Below, in pieces: positions 26,171 through 41,310 of a DNA stretch of 64,000 nucleotides. Source of the DNA: the human T2T-CHM13v2.0 reference genome, Homo sapiens; NCBI RefSeq assembly GCF_009914755.1, contig NC_060927.1; one strand, given 5' to 3'. Position numbers and translations under genes: made by a program. Numbering within the stretch: position 1 is the stretch's first letter; each line of letters starts with the position of its first letter. The notes beneath the pieces are model-generated. The model saw nothing but the letters and a program-made list of their open reading frames with translations, had not been told where the DNA came from and made no database searches.

Positions 26171-27199
26171 CTGAAGTGCTGGATTTATCCTAAGAAGGCA
26201 TTCTTCTGTTAATCCTTACACCAGAATGCCAGCTAATTAAAACAGAAACAAAAACAAACAGAAACGCTGTTTGAGAAATGTTCTTTGTAAGGGAGATGAC
26301 CTAACATGAATTTTTGGATGAAATTATAATGGATATGGAGGAGTTTTGTTTTTTTGGTTTGAGAAAGAATCTTCAGGAAAACATATAGAATTTGCAGGAG
26401 AGTCATGTTCATTAAACCATCTCAGAGTTAAAGACTGGAGGGAATAGATGTTAATAGCCATAAAGGCCTTGCAGAAAAAGGCAAACCTTCTTTTCCAGTA
26501 GGAGAGAAGAAGTGAAAAGGGATGGAGGAGGAGAAGAGTCAACTGAGGAGCAAGAAATGTTCCACAATGAGACCGCTTCACAATATCTCCCAGTTCACAA
26601 CTAAATTAAAATAATGCCTGGGGAGAAGACTGTTACAGATACATGCAAACAAATTGCACATCCTGTTAAGTAGGGCAAAACAGACACTTGGACAGAGAAA
26701 CCAGAGGAAGACAAAATTCACAGAGAAGGTGGAGAGAACTTTAACTTCTCATGAACTGTGGAATTGGTAGTTTGAGTACATTATAGTTAGATCTCCATTG
26801 AGCAACAAGGTCCCGACTGACATCTGGTCTACAAGATCAACTTTCTGGCAATACGGTAAATTTTTTGACAGTTACTAAATGAGACTGAATATAAGCAAAA
26901 TAAAAATCATCTTGTGTTTCAAGAAACTGATATACTCCAGATACATCACCATAGCATATGGAGATTTCTTTAACTAGAAAAAATAGTCCATCCAAATTCA
27001 CATTGGTTGAGGAAGCCAGAACACTGACTTATCCATGTTTACCACAGCTCATCTGCCTTCCCTCCCTTAATAAAAGCAGAGGCCCAGAGTGACTGCCAAA
27101 CAAAATCTACCTAAAAAACATGCCATTCAATTTTTTTAGAAGGCCATTGAAAGATAAGCAAATTAAATTAAAAGAAAGGAATGAAGAGATTTTCCTTCT

Positions 27200-27790
27200 G
27201 TCTGGTTGTTGAGAGAGAACATTTCTTGCATATCCAGCATTTGGCAATCTCTTAGCAAAATGGCAAATTCACAAACCCTTTAACCCAGCAAATGCATTGC
27301 TAAGAATTTGCCCTACAGATATACTTCCAAATAGTATGCCAGAATTTGTGCAAGAATGTCCTTTGTAGTATTGCCCATAAAAACAAACAAAAAAATGGAG
27401 AAGAAAACCCATATACCATCCATTGGGTTAAACGCGTTTTGATTTATCAATACAAAACAATATGTACAGCTATTAAGAATAATGAGGTAGGTCTGCTCTT
27501 CAAGATATACTATGCTTTGAAACAAGCTAAGTGTGAAGAATGTATATAATATGCCATTTAAGTAAAGATTTTAAAGGCTCCGTGTCGTTTTGTTTAGATG
27601 TCAACATGTGCATAATTTCTTTTTCTGAAAAGCTACAGAAGAAACTTCACAATGGTAATATTTGGAGGACAAGAGGCCAGCATGTCAGAGAAGAGAAGGA
27701 AAGGAAAGTTTTCATTTTCCTCTTATACCTTTCCTTCCTGCCTGAAGTTATAGGTATGGCTAATTTGATTTAAATCAATAATATTAATGA
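27200..27790 (+). mobile_element. Old L1M (L1ME-like) fragment
   Basis: AAACCCTTTAACCCAGCAAAT..CTAAGAATTTGCCCTACAGATATACT..CAGCTATTAAGAATAATGAGGTAG. Confidence 0.75.
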
Positions 27791-28374
27791 AACATAAAAG
27801 TAAAATAATTACCTAGTAATAATAAAACTATGTTGTTTATAACTCTTATTTGATGTTTGGATTCTCAGAATTTACTTCACTGAACTCCGAAATGGGTGGT
27901 ATTTTTGAAATTTTTAGCTGCAATGAAAGAACACAGTATAACTGATGCACCCCACCCCCAACCAAACCACCCTCATACCTTGTCCACCACTGCCATCTCT
28001 ATCTTGCATTTGAAAATATGCAGAGAAGACTCTGTTTCCATGCTACAGACAGTACTTCTAGAATTTTGACCGCATAGTAAACAGTCATTGTATCATCCAC
28101 ACCCTGAATGATGAGGGACAGGGACAGACAGAACCTACCTACCATGTGAGCAGCTCTAGAGCTGTCATAGCTATAGCTGACTCTAGCTCACAAAGCAGAC
28201 ATGAGGAAAAGCAAAGTTTGCATGTGCACATACACACAACACAAGCACACTGAGAATGAAGGAGAACAATGTGAGACTATACTGGTCAAAGAGTATTTAG
28301 GATCTGCCAAATAATCCAGTTTTGTTTGTATTTTCATTTACATCCCTTTCACCTTAACCATTTTCACAGTTATC

Positions 28375-28600
28375 AACTCTCTAATACACTGACACATGCT
28401 GTGTTAGGCACTTCGCAAGTATTATCTCATTTACTTCTCATTTAAAATGCCATTGGTTAATATCATAATCTTCCCATTGCATATGAAGAAATTGACACTT
28501 AAAGATATAACACTTACCCTACTCAAAGTCACACATCTACATCTAGCAAGTGGGAGGTGGCATTCAAACATAAACACAGCTGGCCTCAAAGGCACTATGA
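28375..28600 (-). mobile_element. MIR
   Basis: CCCATTGCATATGAAGAAATTGA..AAAGTCACACATCTA. Confidence 0.65.
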
Positions 28601-28821
28601 CTCACTGTATTCATTCCTGATTCAAGTCTCATGCCTTGCCCTGAGACTGTTCTTTAGGACATAAATTGGGCAAAGAGCAATCAACTCACAAAAAGAGAAG
28701 ACCTTCCAGACCAAAACTAGGAAGTTTGGAAAAATGAGAATCATGAAAATATGCGTATTACACATACAGCCAGGTTGAAGAAGACAGAAAGCATTAGAAT
28801 GTGGAGGAACCTTATGAGCTA

Positions 28822-29060
28822 GAATGCTTAGTACTTAAAGAAATGTCTTTGGGATCAGCCATGCTCCTGGGATGAATCCTGACCTGGCCATGATCTAACT
28901 GTCACCTTAACCATGTCACCGAGAGGCTTAACCTGCACTTACTTCTTTCATCTGTAAAATGGATGGCATAATAGTGCCTGCTTCACAGAGGCATGGTGAG
29001 GGTTGAATAAGATCATGCACATTAAGTACCTAGGACCCAGTAACTCTCTGTAATTATGCT
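28822..29060 (+). mobile_element. MIR
   Basis: TTCATCTGTAAAATGG..ATAATAGTGCCTGCTTCACAGAGG..GTGAGGGTTGAAT. Confidence 0.75.
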
Positions 29061-29269
29061 GTGTTTGAGATCATAAAGCTCTTAATCATTATAAAAGTAC
29101 CTGAGAAATTCTGGAATGCTATAACAGGAAAACTTCTGAAAATATAGACTACCCCTAGGCAAGCCCTTTGTTTTACACAGCAAGAAAGTGAGACCTAATC
29201 AGTTAGAGGCAAGATGCTTCTCAAGTCAGTCTATTGAGTTTTTATTTTGCACTGAATTACACATCTACA

Positions 29270-29660
29270 GAGCTTCCTGTAGCAGGAAACTCTGCTCAGT
29301 TTGCCCATTGCTCATTCCTAACACCTTTTTCTCCTGCCTGTTCCCATCCCATGGCCAACTACTCATTCTCTCAGACCATCTTGAAGCCAGTGAAAATCTG
29401 CTGGGGAATACTCGGGGGAAGCATATGATTTTCCAGTAGCAACACTGCTGCTGCCACCTCTCTCCCTTTCTTCCTACCGTGAATTTGATCATGGTTCCAG
29501 GAAATAGGGTGGCCATCTTGCAAATAGGCAGATTAAAACAATCACTAAGACACTGCCTACCTCCAGGAGGTCTTCTTGTTACCAAAGAAAATACACCCCT
29601 ATTTTTTTAAGCAACTGTTAAAGGCAGGGTTTCTGTTACATGCAGCTGAACTCATTCCCA
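29270..29660 (+). mobile_element. Old MaLR LTR (MLT1J/K-like)
   Basis: GGCCATCTTG...TTTAAGCAACTGTT..TTTCTGTTACATGCAGCTGAA end. Confidence 0.6.
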
Positions 29661-30142
29661 GAAAATGATAGAAGTCCTTTTTCCATGGACATTGACACAG
29701 TCTAGGATGGGATGGTGGGGATAGTACAGGGTACTCACCAGCTGTTGGAGGGAAATCCCCAGGTTGTGAGAGCTCTTTTATTTAAAAAAAAATTAAAATG
29801 TAAGTCAAACTCAGGCTTAGTTTTGAAGTTCATTTCTCACCTTGTTCTCATTTTTATCTTGATACTCCGAATGAATTTCCCAACGATATCTAAGAGCTTC
29901 CCATTCCCAGGCTGGTCCAGTGATTTTTAGTGAAATTAGGTTTTATTGAAAGTGAGTTGATTTTTACTTATTAATGTTCTGCTAATTAGAGCACTTTGTC
30001 AATATCTCCATGCATGCATTATATTCTCATGTCCACAGCATGTGTTTAGAAATATGTGGATAACAAGATGGAGAGTTAGACTGTTCTGGCCCTAATGACC
30101 TCCCGCCCTCTCAAAACGCCAACATAACTTCTGGTCACGTAA

Positions 30143-30519
<377 letters not shown>

Positions 30520-30844
30520 GACAAAATTTTTAAACCTGTGAATACTGACACAGCGCTTCATGTTTTGCTAGTCACTCTCAGTGCCTATCACAGAGGTAGG
30601 CAAATCAAAAATTCTCATGAAGTACTAGAAAATAGATGCACCTGTCCCCCAAATGCACAGCATAAGAAGATACCCAGGGACTAAAAGCTCCCAACTCCAA
30701 AATAAACCTATTCATGAACATGAGTCTCTATTCCTTTGCTCAGGGAATTCAGTGCTAAAGTAGATAGCAAATATATTTATATTAGGGGAAATATCTAAAA
30801 AATGGCACTTATAGATACATTTGCTAAATAGATATGGAAGTCTA

Positions 30845-30932
30845 TCTGAAGACCTAGCACTATGCCAGCCATACAACAATCTCTTCACAAATATGTATTG
30901 AATGAATGAATGAATGAATGAATGAATGAATA
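30845..30932 (+). mobile_element. L2 3' terminus with expanded (TGAA)n tail
   Basis: CCTAGCAC..CAAATATGTATTGAATGAATGAA x~8. Confidence 0.75.
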
Positions 30933-31495
30933 AGCACACATACACAGCAGAAAAACAGACTATGAATGAATATATATCCTTTCCCCTAAAGAAAGATACT
31001 CTAAAACAAATGGGCAGTCAAAACTACAATCTCTCATTTAACTGGGAAAAGTAAAGAACCCTCTATTTCATCTTTGATTTCCTCCTTACATGATGTACAA
31101 TGCAAAGGGCTTGCTAGTCATATTTGTCAAGAGAGCCCACAGGTACTATCTGGCTCATCACAGCTTAACTTATCAATTGCCATTGTTGTTTGGTGGATAT
31201 TGATCTGGGAAGACCTTGTATCTTGCGAAAGTCACTTCTACAGCAACTCATCACTTTTTCTTTTTAGTCGACATGAAGGCTCAAGTGTTGTGGTATACTG
31301 GGAATTTCCACGCGACAGCCCCATTCCATCATTAAATACCCAGTGAGAGCTTGTTAACTAGATGAATGTCCCAATTAAACCAGCACGTTCTTGTCGCTGC
31401 CTAACAGTGATGGTGGGTTCAGACTAACAGTTTGAAGGGCAATAACTAAAATGGTTTGAGGAGCCTCAAGTGTAGTTTCAATGGTTTCACACTTA

Positions 31496-31864
<369 letters not shown>

Positions 31865-32439
31865 CTATTTCCAAGCTGAAAATGTTTGCTTTCCCAAAGG
31901 GGCATAAAACTGTGATTTTTCTTAACAGCACAGTTTAAGTGGTCTTGACTCTGCATCTTAAGTTCCCAGGGTTAAGCTGGAGATCTTGAGAACAAGAAAA
32001 GAGTAAAAATAGCAACAGTGCAAAACTCCAGACATCATGTTGGCTCCATACGGCTGTGTGGGTTGTGCACTGTGCAAGTTCAGTGTGTTCCATTACTAGG
32101 ACCATGATACAAATGGCAGGGAAGTGGTAGAAACCCCACCCAAGGGGTATCCTAGGCCCATAGTGCTCCCTAGTACAAGGGCCACAAACTACTAAATGTC
32201 CAAAATCACAAGTAAAAACTGTTCATTTTGGTAGAGGAAATACTTGATTTCATACACATCTAAATTTCACAATTAAAGTCTCAAATAAAAAGCTGCCAAG
32301 TAAAAATGCTCAATGAAACATAATTTTTTCCTCTACCTGATTTTTAAGTAAAACAGGCAAAGAAGAAACAAGGCAATGATTGAATAGAAATGCTATTCTT
32401 GTTTTAAAAAAAATTAGACGGTCCTAAGAATCTATGCTA

Positions 32440-32890
32440 AATGATTACATTAATATGCATAAAATACATAAAACATATGTACAAGGATGTTTATTGTAAG
32501 ACTGTTTCTCTATTACTAAAATACAGAAGTGGTTATATAAATTATGGTACTTCCATACATGAAATGCTATTAAGTCAATAAAAAGAATGAGTAAACTTGT
32601 AATTGCTATCCTAAGGACAAAGCTCCAAAACATACTCTGAAAGACAAAAAGGTAATCATAGAAAAATATAATATGATCCTGTTTATAATCAAATCTAGAT
32701 AATGTACATAAAGGGATATTAAGTCATGAAACAGTGCTTGGAAAGATACACACCAGTCATCTGACAGTAATAACCTATGAAGATGAACGAGGAAGTAGAG
32801 AAATTTCATATTTTATATATTGTAATTTGAACTACTTTTTTTTAAATAATGAAAAGTGTTTGTGTATTAAGTGTATTATAAAAAATATCC
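32440..32890 (+). mobile_element. Old L1M fragment
   Basis: ATGTACAAGGATGTTTATTG..AAATTATGGTACTTCCATAC..AAAAAGAATGAG. Confidence 0.7.
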
Positions 32891-34695
32891 AAATAGTTCA
32901 AAATGACAGTAAATTACAGGTTATGTATAGTTTAATCCCAACCTGTTACAATTCATGACAAAACAAATGGTTTAAAGTTAAAATTTCTAATGTAACCTAT
33001 GTCAATTACACATTCTGACAACATATATTCATTGAGCACATACATTACATAAAACACTGCTCCAGGGGCTGCAGGTCCAGCAAAGAGACAGGTAAGGCCC
33101 CTGCTTGTATAGCGCTTTTGTCCAAGACAGTAAAAGAGACTCATATATTTTAAAGAGATTTTCAGTTAACCATCATTTTCATAGTAAATAATTCAACTAA
33201 CTATGACATTTTGGGCACTGTGGCTGAGAGGTTTGCTGTGACTCTAGTAAAGTTTCTTCTTGGAAAGACATTCTGTGCCATAAAGAGCATTCCCTGCCTA
33301 TCAAATATTCATCCTTCTCAGCCATCAATCAACTGAAGTTCCCTCAAACAGAATCCATAAAACAGTCATACTTTCCATCCTTAGAGGGGTTTACACCTTT
33401 CCAAGCACTTTCACACATCTACGGTGTCCTAAGAGATGGGTGACTAAGATGCAGGAGCAAAATAATATAAATTTACCATATAAAAACTTTCTTCTGTCTA
33501 GCACACTTTTCTCCTCGCTCTTTACTCGCTCAAGTTTTGCTGGTCCTTCAGTTTGCAACTTAGAAGTCACCTCTTCCAGGTGGCATTCCAGGCTGGTATA
33601 GGGATCCCCCCTACATGCTTTTATTGCTCCCTATTGCCTCCATTCCCTCACAAGGTGTGGACCATGCTGCTTTGCAATGACCAACTTGGTGGCCACATCC
33701 AAGTCACAGGGCTCAGGATCACCTGGAGTGCCCTGGGTCCAAACTCACCCTCAAGAACTGACTCACCAGGTAGGTGAGTATCTGACAGTCATATTTACAG
33801 AAGCTCTCCAGGTGTTCTGAAGCAGTTAATCCCAAGATATGATGATGGAGGTGTGGACCATGTCTGTCTCTACATCACCATCATTGAAGCCACGGCTTCT
33901 GACAGTGCCTGATATATTGCTGGTGCCCAATAAGGAGCTGCTCCTTTATCTACTGGTTCTTTCAAAAAATATTTACTGAGCACCTCAGCATGCCAGACTT
34001 CTGGTGAATGACAAAATGAACCAATCATGCATCATGACGATGATACAGCTTTCATTAATAAGACTTTTTGAGTTATCTGATACCTGAAGCAACTACAGGA
34101 ACCCAATCCACACCTGTCCCTCTGTCCCCTGCTGGGTAGATTAGGGAAGACAAACAAAGATTTGGGAGCTTTTGTCACATTCTTTAGGTGCTTCCGGGAT
34201 GCCACCAGTGGGTTCCAACTGCTCAGCTATGTTTAGAGGTCACAGGCAAACAGAGTGGGCCCATTGCAGACTGCGAGGCAGGGTGCCTCTGTTCAATATA
34301 AGGATATAGTCCATGAGACAGAAGGTTATTACAATGAGGTTGCCTGGGTTTTCCTCCCCAGTTTTATTCTGTACGCCTTTTAGGTAAATTCCTTAATATC
34401 TTTCTTCAAAATAGTTGGATGGCATTTGTCTTACCTTTAAGGGATTCGGCTAAAATCCACTTGAGTGCTGGCGCCTAGGCAGGGAACAGGCAGCAATTCC
34501 TACAGGTCCATCTACCTGATGACATGAAGACTAGTTTATGGTTAACAAACTGTTTTTCACTCTCTTTAGAAGAGAAATCTCTGTCAAAGGTCACATAAAC
34601 TTTACCGTAGTCAGCAAAGCCCCTTCTTATAGGATCCTCCCTCTATATTTCCACCCTCATCTAGCACTGTCTTCCTTGCTTGCCATGCCCTAGTC

Positions 34696-35003
34696 CTGCT
34701 GTATCAATAGAGTAGAGCCACCAGCCACATGCGGCTCCTGAGCACCTGAATTGTGGCTAGCCCAAACTGAGATGTACCAGAAGTGTAAAATACAACCCAG
34801 ATTTCAAACACTTAGTACAAGGGAAACAGAAGGTGAAAGAATCCTATTCATAATTTTCTACACAGCTTATATGTTGAAATCATACTATTTTAGATATATC
34901 GAGTTTTAACAACATATTATTAATTTCTTTTACTTTTTATGGTGACTACCGGAAAAACTAAAATTACACAAGTGGCTTGCATCATATTTCTACCGGGCAC
35001 TGC
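34696..35003. mobile_element. MER33 (hAT-Charlie MITE)
   Basis: AGCCACCAGCCACATGCGGCT..AGTGTAAAATACAACCCAGATTTC..AAAATTACACAAGTGGCT. Confidence 0.85.
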
Positions 35004-35289
35004 AACCGTGTCTGTATTGGCCTCTTGATTTCTGTACTATAACAAGCATTTCCCCCACTTCTGAGGCTGTGTGTTTTTTTGTCTTCACATGAATGACTCT
35101 CTTTCCATGTCTGGCATGCCTGACTGCTGTTCACCCTTCTAAATGCAGCTTGTATAGCATCTCTGGAATAAGACTTGTTGAATGTCTATCTGTTTATGAC
35201 CTGCAGCAAAGTTAGCCAAAATGCTCAAAAGGGGGACAGAATTGTCTGCCCAGACTTAAGGCTGGGGCTCCCCGAAGCTGACTTTCCAG

Positions 35290-35650
35290 TGATAATAAAA
35301 TGTCCCCACCCAAATCTCATCTTGAATTGTAGCTCCCATAATTCCCGTATGTTATGAGATGGACCCGGTGAGAGGTAATTGACCCATGGGGGCAGTTCTT
35401 TCCCATGCTGTTCTCATGATAGTGAATAAGTCTAATGAGATCTGATGGTTTTATAAAGCGGAGTTCCCCTCTACACAAGCCCTCTTGCCTGCCACCATGT
35501 AAGACGTTCCTTTGCTTCTCTTTTGCCTTCCACCATGATTATGAGGCTTCCTCAGCCACGTGGAACTGTGAGTCCGTTAAACCTCTTCCCTTTATGATTT
35601 ACCAAGTCTCAGGTTTGTCTTTACTAACAGAGTGAGAACAGACTAATACA
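35290..35650 (+). mobile_element. THE1C/D solo LTR
   Basis: TGTCCCCACCCAAATCTCATCTTGAATTGTAGCTCCC...GAACAGACTAATACA. Confidence 0.93.
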
Positions 35651-36001
35651 GGTAATAAAGACTTGAAGGACATGAGGTAGGAAGGAAAGACAAAGGTAGA
35701 GGAGGAGAAACCAAGAGTGTTACCAAGCCTTAGCCTGATGACAACAGGCAGTTGCTTGAAGAGAGACAAACACTCTTGCTTTAAGAGGAATAAATCAAAG
35801 TGGCTTCGGATACATTAACCCTAGCTTGTCATTTGAGAAGACAGCCCTTTATATTTAGAATGGCTAGGAAAGACTCCTTCTAGATGATTTGGTGCTAATG
35901 TTAAGAACATCACGCAAGGTGTCCAGTTCGATGGCTGTCAACACCTTCTCTAAACCTTGTGGCCCATACCATATCAACAACAAAATAAAGAAACCAACCA
36001 A

Positions 36002-36057
36002 GTCAACAACAACAAAACATCGTCAACAACAACAAAACATCACCAACAACAATAAAA
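36002..36057. repeat. 20-bp tandem repeat (GTCAACAACAACAAAACATC), ~2.7 copies
   Basis: Identical units at 36002-36021 and 36022-36041 plus a partial third. Confidence 0.85.
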
Positions 36058-36059
36058 AT

Positions 36060-36310
36060 TAGAATATTTAAGAGCCTGTGCATGCTTACTTATGTGCTGG
36101 GCACTGTTTTACACATTCCATATATTAACTTAGTCTTTCCAATTAAGTCTTCAAGGTAGCCACCGTTATTGTTCCCATTCTATAGATGGAGACTGAAACC
36201 TAAAAAAGTCAAGGACTTGCCCAGCATCACTGAGCTGGTAAGTGGACGATCAAAGATTTAAACATAGGCAGTGTGGATCCCAAGCCTGTGCTCTTAACCC
36301 TTGCAGCATA
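36060..36310 (-). mobile_element. MIR
   Basis: TACTTATGTGCTGGGCACTG..CCCATTCTATAGATGGAGACTGA..GACTTGCCCAG. Confidence 0.85.
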
Positions 36311-37589
36311 TACCACTCTACATCTTCTGTACTATTCTCTATTGACAGTATCTATGAAGCTAGCGCTTCATGGTATCAGGATATGATACTTTCTTAATTA
36401 TTCATTATTTTGTCTATGTATGCCTTCTTTTCCCAGCTACAGCATTCACTGTTTGAAGGGAGAGATTCAACCATCTCCTTCTCTGGACCCCACACCCAAC
36501 TTATCCTGTTATAGGCTCATGGTCAACAGATGACTGCACTGTGTTACTAAATGCCAGGGAATACACAGAAGTTGTGACTGCTTACATATTCATGGAAGAA
36601 AACCCCAACTCCTATCATCCAAGTTTGAAACTAGGTCTTCTTTCCTATTGGGGGAAATTTCTGCAGGTGTGAGTAATTAGAAAATTAAACATTAATTAAC
36701 AATTCAAGTGACTGATTGTGTTAGCAAGTTGCTTGCTAACCATACAGGTAAATATTGTGCCCCCATATGATGTTTAAAAATAAGGTCCCTTGAGCATATT
36801 AAGTAGTAGAGATGGTTGACTCAAGATTCAAGAGTTTCCTGACCCCTTTAATATGTCACATTTTAAGTCTGTATATAACAAAACTATTGGGAAAGGGGAT
36901 TGCCTTACTCACTCACCTTGCCTTATCATCTTACAAAATATCTTATATTAAAAGAGAGAAAAGGATGACAGCTCTGTATCTATCACCTATTACTCATTAT
37001 CCTGGGACAACAAACAGCCCCAGAATCTTTCTTTAATGAATATAGGCTCTCATAGTACATGCTTATGTTCGTCTCACGTTTGCTCTCTCTCATTTCAAAA
37101 CCCTATTTCTCTTCTGCCCTTTATGTCTTCAAAAGAGACGCTGATATTAATTACCTTGCTTCTCTAACCCCTCATCGTTTTCAGCCCCAAACAATCAGCT
37201 TCCTGCTTTTAATCTTCTACCAAATCTATTTTCTCATGATCTACCGAAGTCACCCTACTAAGTAAGTGTTTCTGGAAAGGTATTTTCAGTGCCCATTTCC
37301 CTTGACCAACCTGTGGCCCTTGACTCACTGGAAAAAATCACTCCACTCCTGCCCTTTGTAATATTATTCTCAGCTGGAATTCTAGCCTCTGTCCTGCAAC
37401 CTCCAGCTTGATTTTACAATATAAACACTGCTACTTCCTAACAAGTTCACCAGATATACGAAATAACCCTGTATTTCCCACTGAAGTAAATTAGATTGTT
37501 GTTCAGTAAATATTCACTCTCTCTTTACTTCTTATTCCTGAGAGGAGTATACTGTCACATTCCTTTGATATCAGACTTGATTTGGCTTA

Positions 37590-37840
37590 AGACATGTGAA
37601 TGGAGCAGGGGCTTAAAATGTCATGTGCATTCCTGTCTTTCACTATGAGAAGCAGATGTCTTAGTTTTTTGCTGGGTCTTGGAGGGTGACAGACACATGG
37701 ACTTAACTCACACCCTATAGTCAAAACAAGCCAAGCTGGCCCACAGACACAAGAATCAGAGTAAATGACTCTTATTTCAATCCACCAAGTACTGGGGACA
37801 GTTTGGTACACATGAGTTTTATGAAACAGTTAACTGATGC
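37590..37840 (+). mobile_element. Old MLT1 LTR 3' part
   Basis: AAATGACTCTTATTTCAATCCACCAAG..GGGGACAGTTTGGTACA..AACTGATGCA. Confidence 0.6.
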
Positions 37841-39084
37841 ACCCATACAAATGTTAAACCTTTGTTCACTGGAACAAAGGTTGGAAGTTTTCTCCAACCT
37901 TTGTTGGATGGAAATTTTCTCTTGTTCCTCTACTTCTATGGTATTACCTCTCCCATGCCACTTCTCTAACTTCATGTCCTGTATTCTCTCCCTTATTATG
38001 TTTTAAACTCCTTTGAAGAGCAAAGCATCAAAAGTTCTTATCCCTAGACAGACACAAATTAAAATTTGCTTATTCATTCATTCATTCATTCATTCAGCAA
38101 ATGTCTGGATTTTAGAAATGAGTTTCTGTCTCAAAGGTATTTAATACAACACCTGGCTCAGCTTCATGGACTAGAGACACATTATCACTGAGGTCACGTT
38201 GTTACTGTTTTTGCTACTCCTGCTAACTGTTCCAAAGGGGAAAAAAAAACAACATGCACTTTAAAAGCATGATGTTCTTGTTGGCAGAAATTACAATAGT
38301 TTCTTCTCTTGGTGTTTACTCCCCCAACACTTTCCTCAGCTCTTTATTTCTGATATTCAATTACCCTTTTTCTGCCTGGCTTTTCTCACTTTCCCAGAAG
38401 ACTTACCCTGGGAAACTTTACTGTTTTCACTGGTGTACATTTGCACTAGTTGGTTTAATTACCAAGTGAATCTACAGCCTCTCAGAACATTTGACACGTC
38501 TCCCTTTCACTGGATCCAAGACATGAAGCAATGAAAACGAATGGGTGAATGTTACAGCAAACTCAACCAAAATTTATTTTGCCTGGATTCAAGGATTAGG
38601 CTAACATGCTAGCCAGTTTCTGCCCCCCTAAAATGTCACCCTCTGGAATGACAAAAACCTTAATAAGATTTGGAACCAAAGTTCCTATGACCAGAAACTG
38701 CTCAACATATATGCGTCACACACAGGAAATAAAGGCACATTTTAAACTAGAGCTGCTGGGTCATCTTTAAAATAGCAGACTGCCTGTCAGGAGAACCAAT
38801 GGAATAATCAATCACTCAATTTAAAGTGGGGAGCTCCTTTAAAATGCTAGGGTGATGGGGTATGGGCACAAAGTGAATAGCTGTGACAGTACAGTTCCTC
38901 AGCCAAGATCCACGAATGTAAGCACCAGTGGGAAGAGCACTAGACCAAGAGGCTCAAAAATATACTGTGACCTTCAACTAGTCACTTAACAAGTGCTCAT
39001 TGTATCATTTAAAAAATAATACAATAGAACTCCATGAATCCAATTAAATTTAATTCCATATTATTCGAGTGTTTGTTTAAAATG

Positions 39085-39300
39085 ATATTTCTCAAAGCAA
39101 TGGTCAAATGAGTTTGGAAATCAGTAGATTAAAGAAGGTTAAGCAGGTTTCTGTTCCATGCAACTTCTCAGTAACTTTAATAGTCTACTGTGCACCGTGA
39201 AGCTCTCAGACCTGGTGGATGTGGTATGGAACATTCCCCAGACTAATAGGAATCAAAGATCCTGTTTGTTTACCATGGACAGCCTTGTAGAACTCCTATT
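39085..39300. mobile_element. MER103C-like hAT fossil
   Basis: GGTCAAATGAGTTTGGAAA..AAGGTTAAGCAGGTTTCT..ACTTCTCAG..CTTTAATA..TGTGCACCGTGAA. Confidence 0.7.
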
Positions 39301-40579
39301 CTCTATAATACATGGCCATCAATTATAGAAGACACAGAGATACTAAAGAGAATAGTTTTCTTGGGTCCTGGTCCTGAGGCCTGGCATTCTCATGAAGCTG
39401 AGTTTATGCCCTCCCCTGTGATTTATGCCATACCTCTGAATCCTTATAATGATGTCCCTTTTTGATCTTAAGATGGCTTTAACTGGTAACTATCATTTGT
39501 AAGCAAAAGTACCTTATTAAACAAGAAAAACAGCTACGTGTGAGTTCTGAGTAAATATTGCTAATTTATGTCTATCTGCAATTGTTACTTGGGCTGAAAC
39601 AAAAGTTCCAGGTAAGTATGATAGTCATTTTGCCAGAGGAGCCTCAATAATCCCTGAGCTGAAATACTTTCATACATCAAGACGTAATCATCTAATATTA
39701 GGAAAGCCATTAAGAAATACAATTACTACTGGAAATGAAGACCTTTTACAGGAGAACAGACATGATGGTTTTCCTTAAAAGCTCTTCCCTTTTCCACATC
39801 CACTTTCTTCTACTTTAAAATGAAAGTGACTTCATTTTCAAGTGACCTTTTATAAAGTCCAAACATCAAGTGTCGTAAATATTCTAAGTATTCAGAATGA
39901 GGTCCAGTACTGTAATATTAAGTTGGATATGCCAGAAACTCAGAAAAGCCTATTTCTCTTTAAATAGCCAACTTATAAAATTATTCATATTGTCTTCCTG
40001 GATTCCCATTATGTTCCTCGTGCAAGAAAGTGAAAGTGTTTTATACAAGCCACACTGTGGGGTAATATGGCCAAACTAAGAGCTTTCAGAAGGATTCTTC
40101 TCTTATTCTCTACTTCTGCTTCTGCTGCTGCTGCTTTTTTTAAACAAATGAGATCAGAGGCATACTGTGATTAGCAATGCATGTTTATGTAGTGAGACAC
40201 CAGATTAGAAATGATTATTATCATGTCACCTAACAGAGTGATAATAATGGTACTCTGAGATGGTACAGCTCAGCTGTTGAGGATTCCTACTACAATAATT
40301 ATTTTAAAATTAATTTTGAAGAGAAAAAGGAAAGAAAGAAAGATGATTGAAACCATTAAAGCAATCCTGATAAATAAGAAAAAAAAACCCAAACACTATG
40401 TTTTATTCCTAAGGCAAGCACAAAAAATAAAATAATCACCAAAGTGAGACACGACTGACTGAAAGGTAAAAGGAACATTCATTTTCCCCATCCAAGGAAA
40501 ACAATAACTGAAAACAATTTAAGGCAAAAAGTTAAGCTTCTATTCTGAGCAAAGGAGAGTTGGACTGTATTTATGTGCT

Positions 40580-41260
40580 AATAATCTATTTATAAGAAAT
40601 AACTGATTAAATAAGATAGATAAAACTTAGTAGACAGAAATATATTTTTTTCATAGCAAACAAAGCAATCAAAAGAGAAGTGTTGCTGAAAATATTGACA
40701 ATTAAAAATCATTCAAGGACTCTGAAGTATATTTCAGGCAGAAAGAGAGCAGCCTAAGGAGGACTTATTACAGGATTGAAAGCATCACCGTGAATTCATA
40801 ATTTTTAATATATAAACTGAGAGATATGGAAATATATATATAGTATGTGTATAAGTACACATGCATATAAATACACACGCATGTATTGCCTACCTCTACT
40901 CACAGAGAGGCTGAAGCAATGATACCCCACTATAAATTAGCATACCTGATGTCCAGATCTTGGTTTCTAAATACCATTCTCCAAAAAATAAAAATAAAAA
41001 AGGAACCAGACCTCCTTGGAGAAGTGGTTGGCTCCATTAATGGGACAGGACAGGAACAAGATGAGATTAGAATATCCTGTGGTGCCACAAAGTTACAAAT
41101 GGCTAAAAAAAAACAAAGAAAAACCAAAATTGTGGGGACAGGTCAAAAGAACACATGAACCAGAATGAAGGGATTCCCCTGGCTAAATAGGGACATAAAA
41201 TAAAATAAAAACTGATAATATCCCAGAGACTACAGAATTAAAAAAAATCTACGATTCTAC

Positions 41261-41310
<50 letters not shown>

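Noticed and set aside
39609-39617. Perfect splice donor CAG|GTAAGT
   Set aside because: No convincing upstream acceptor at exon distance
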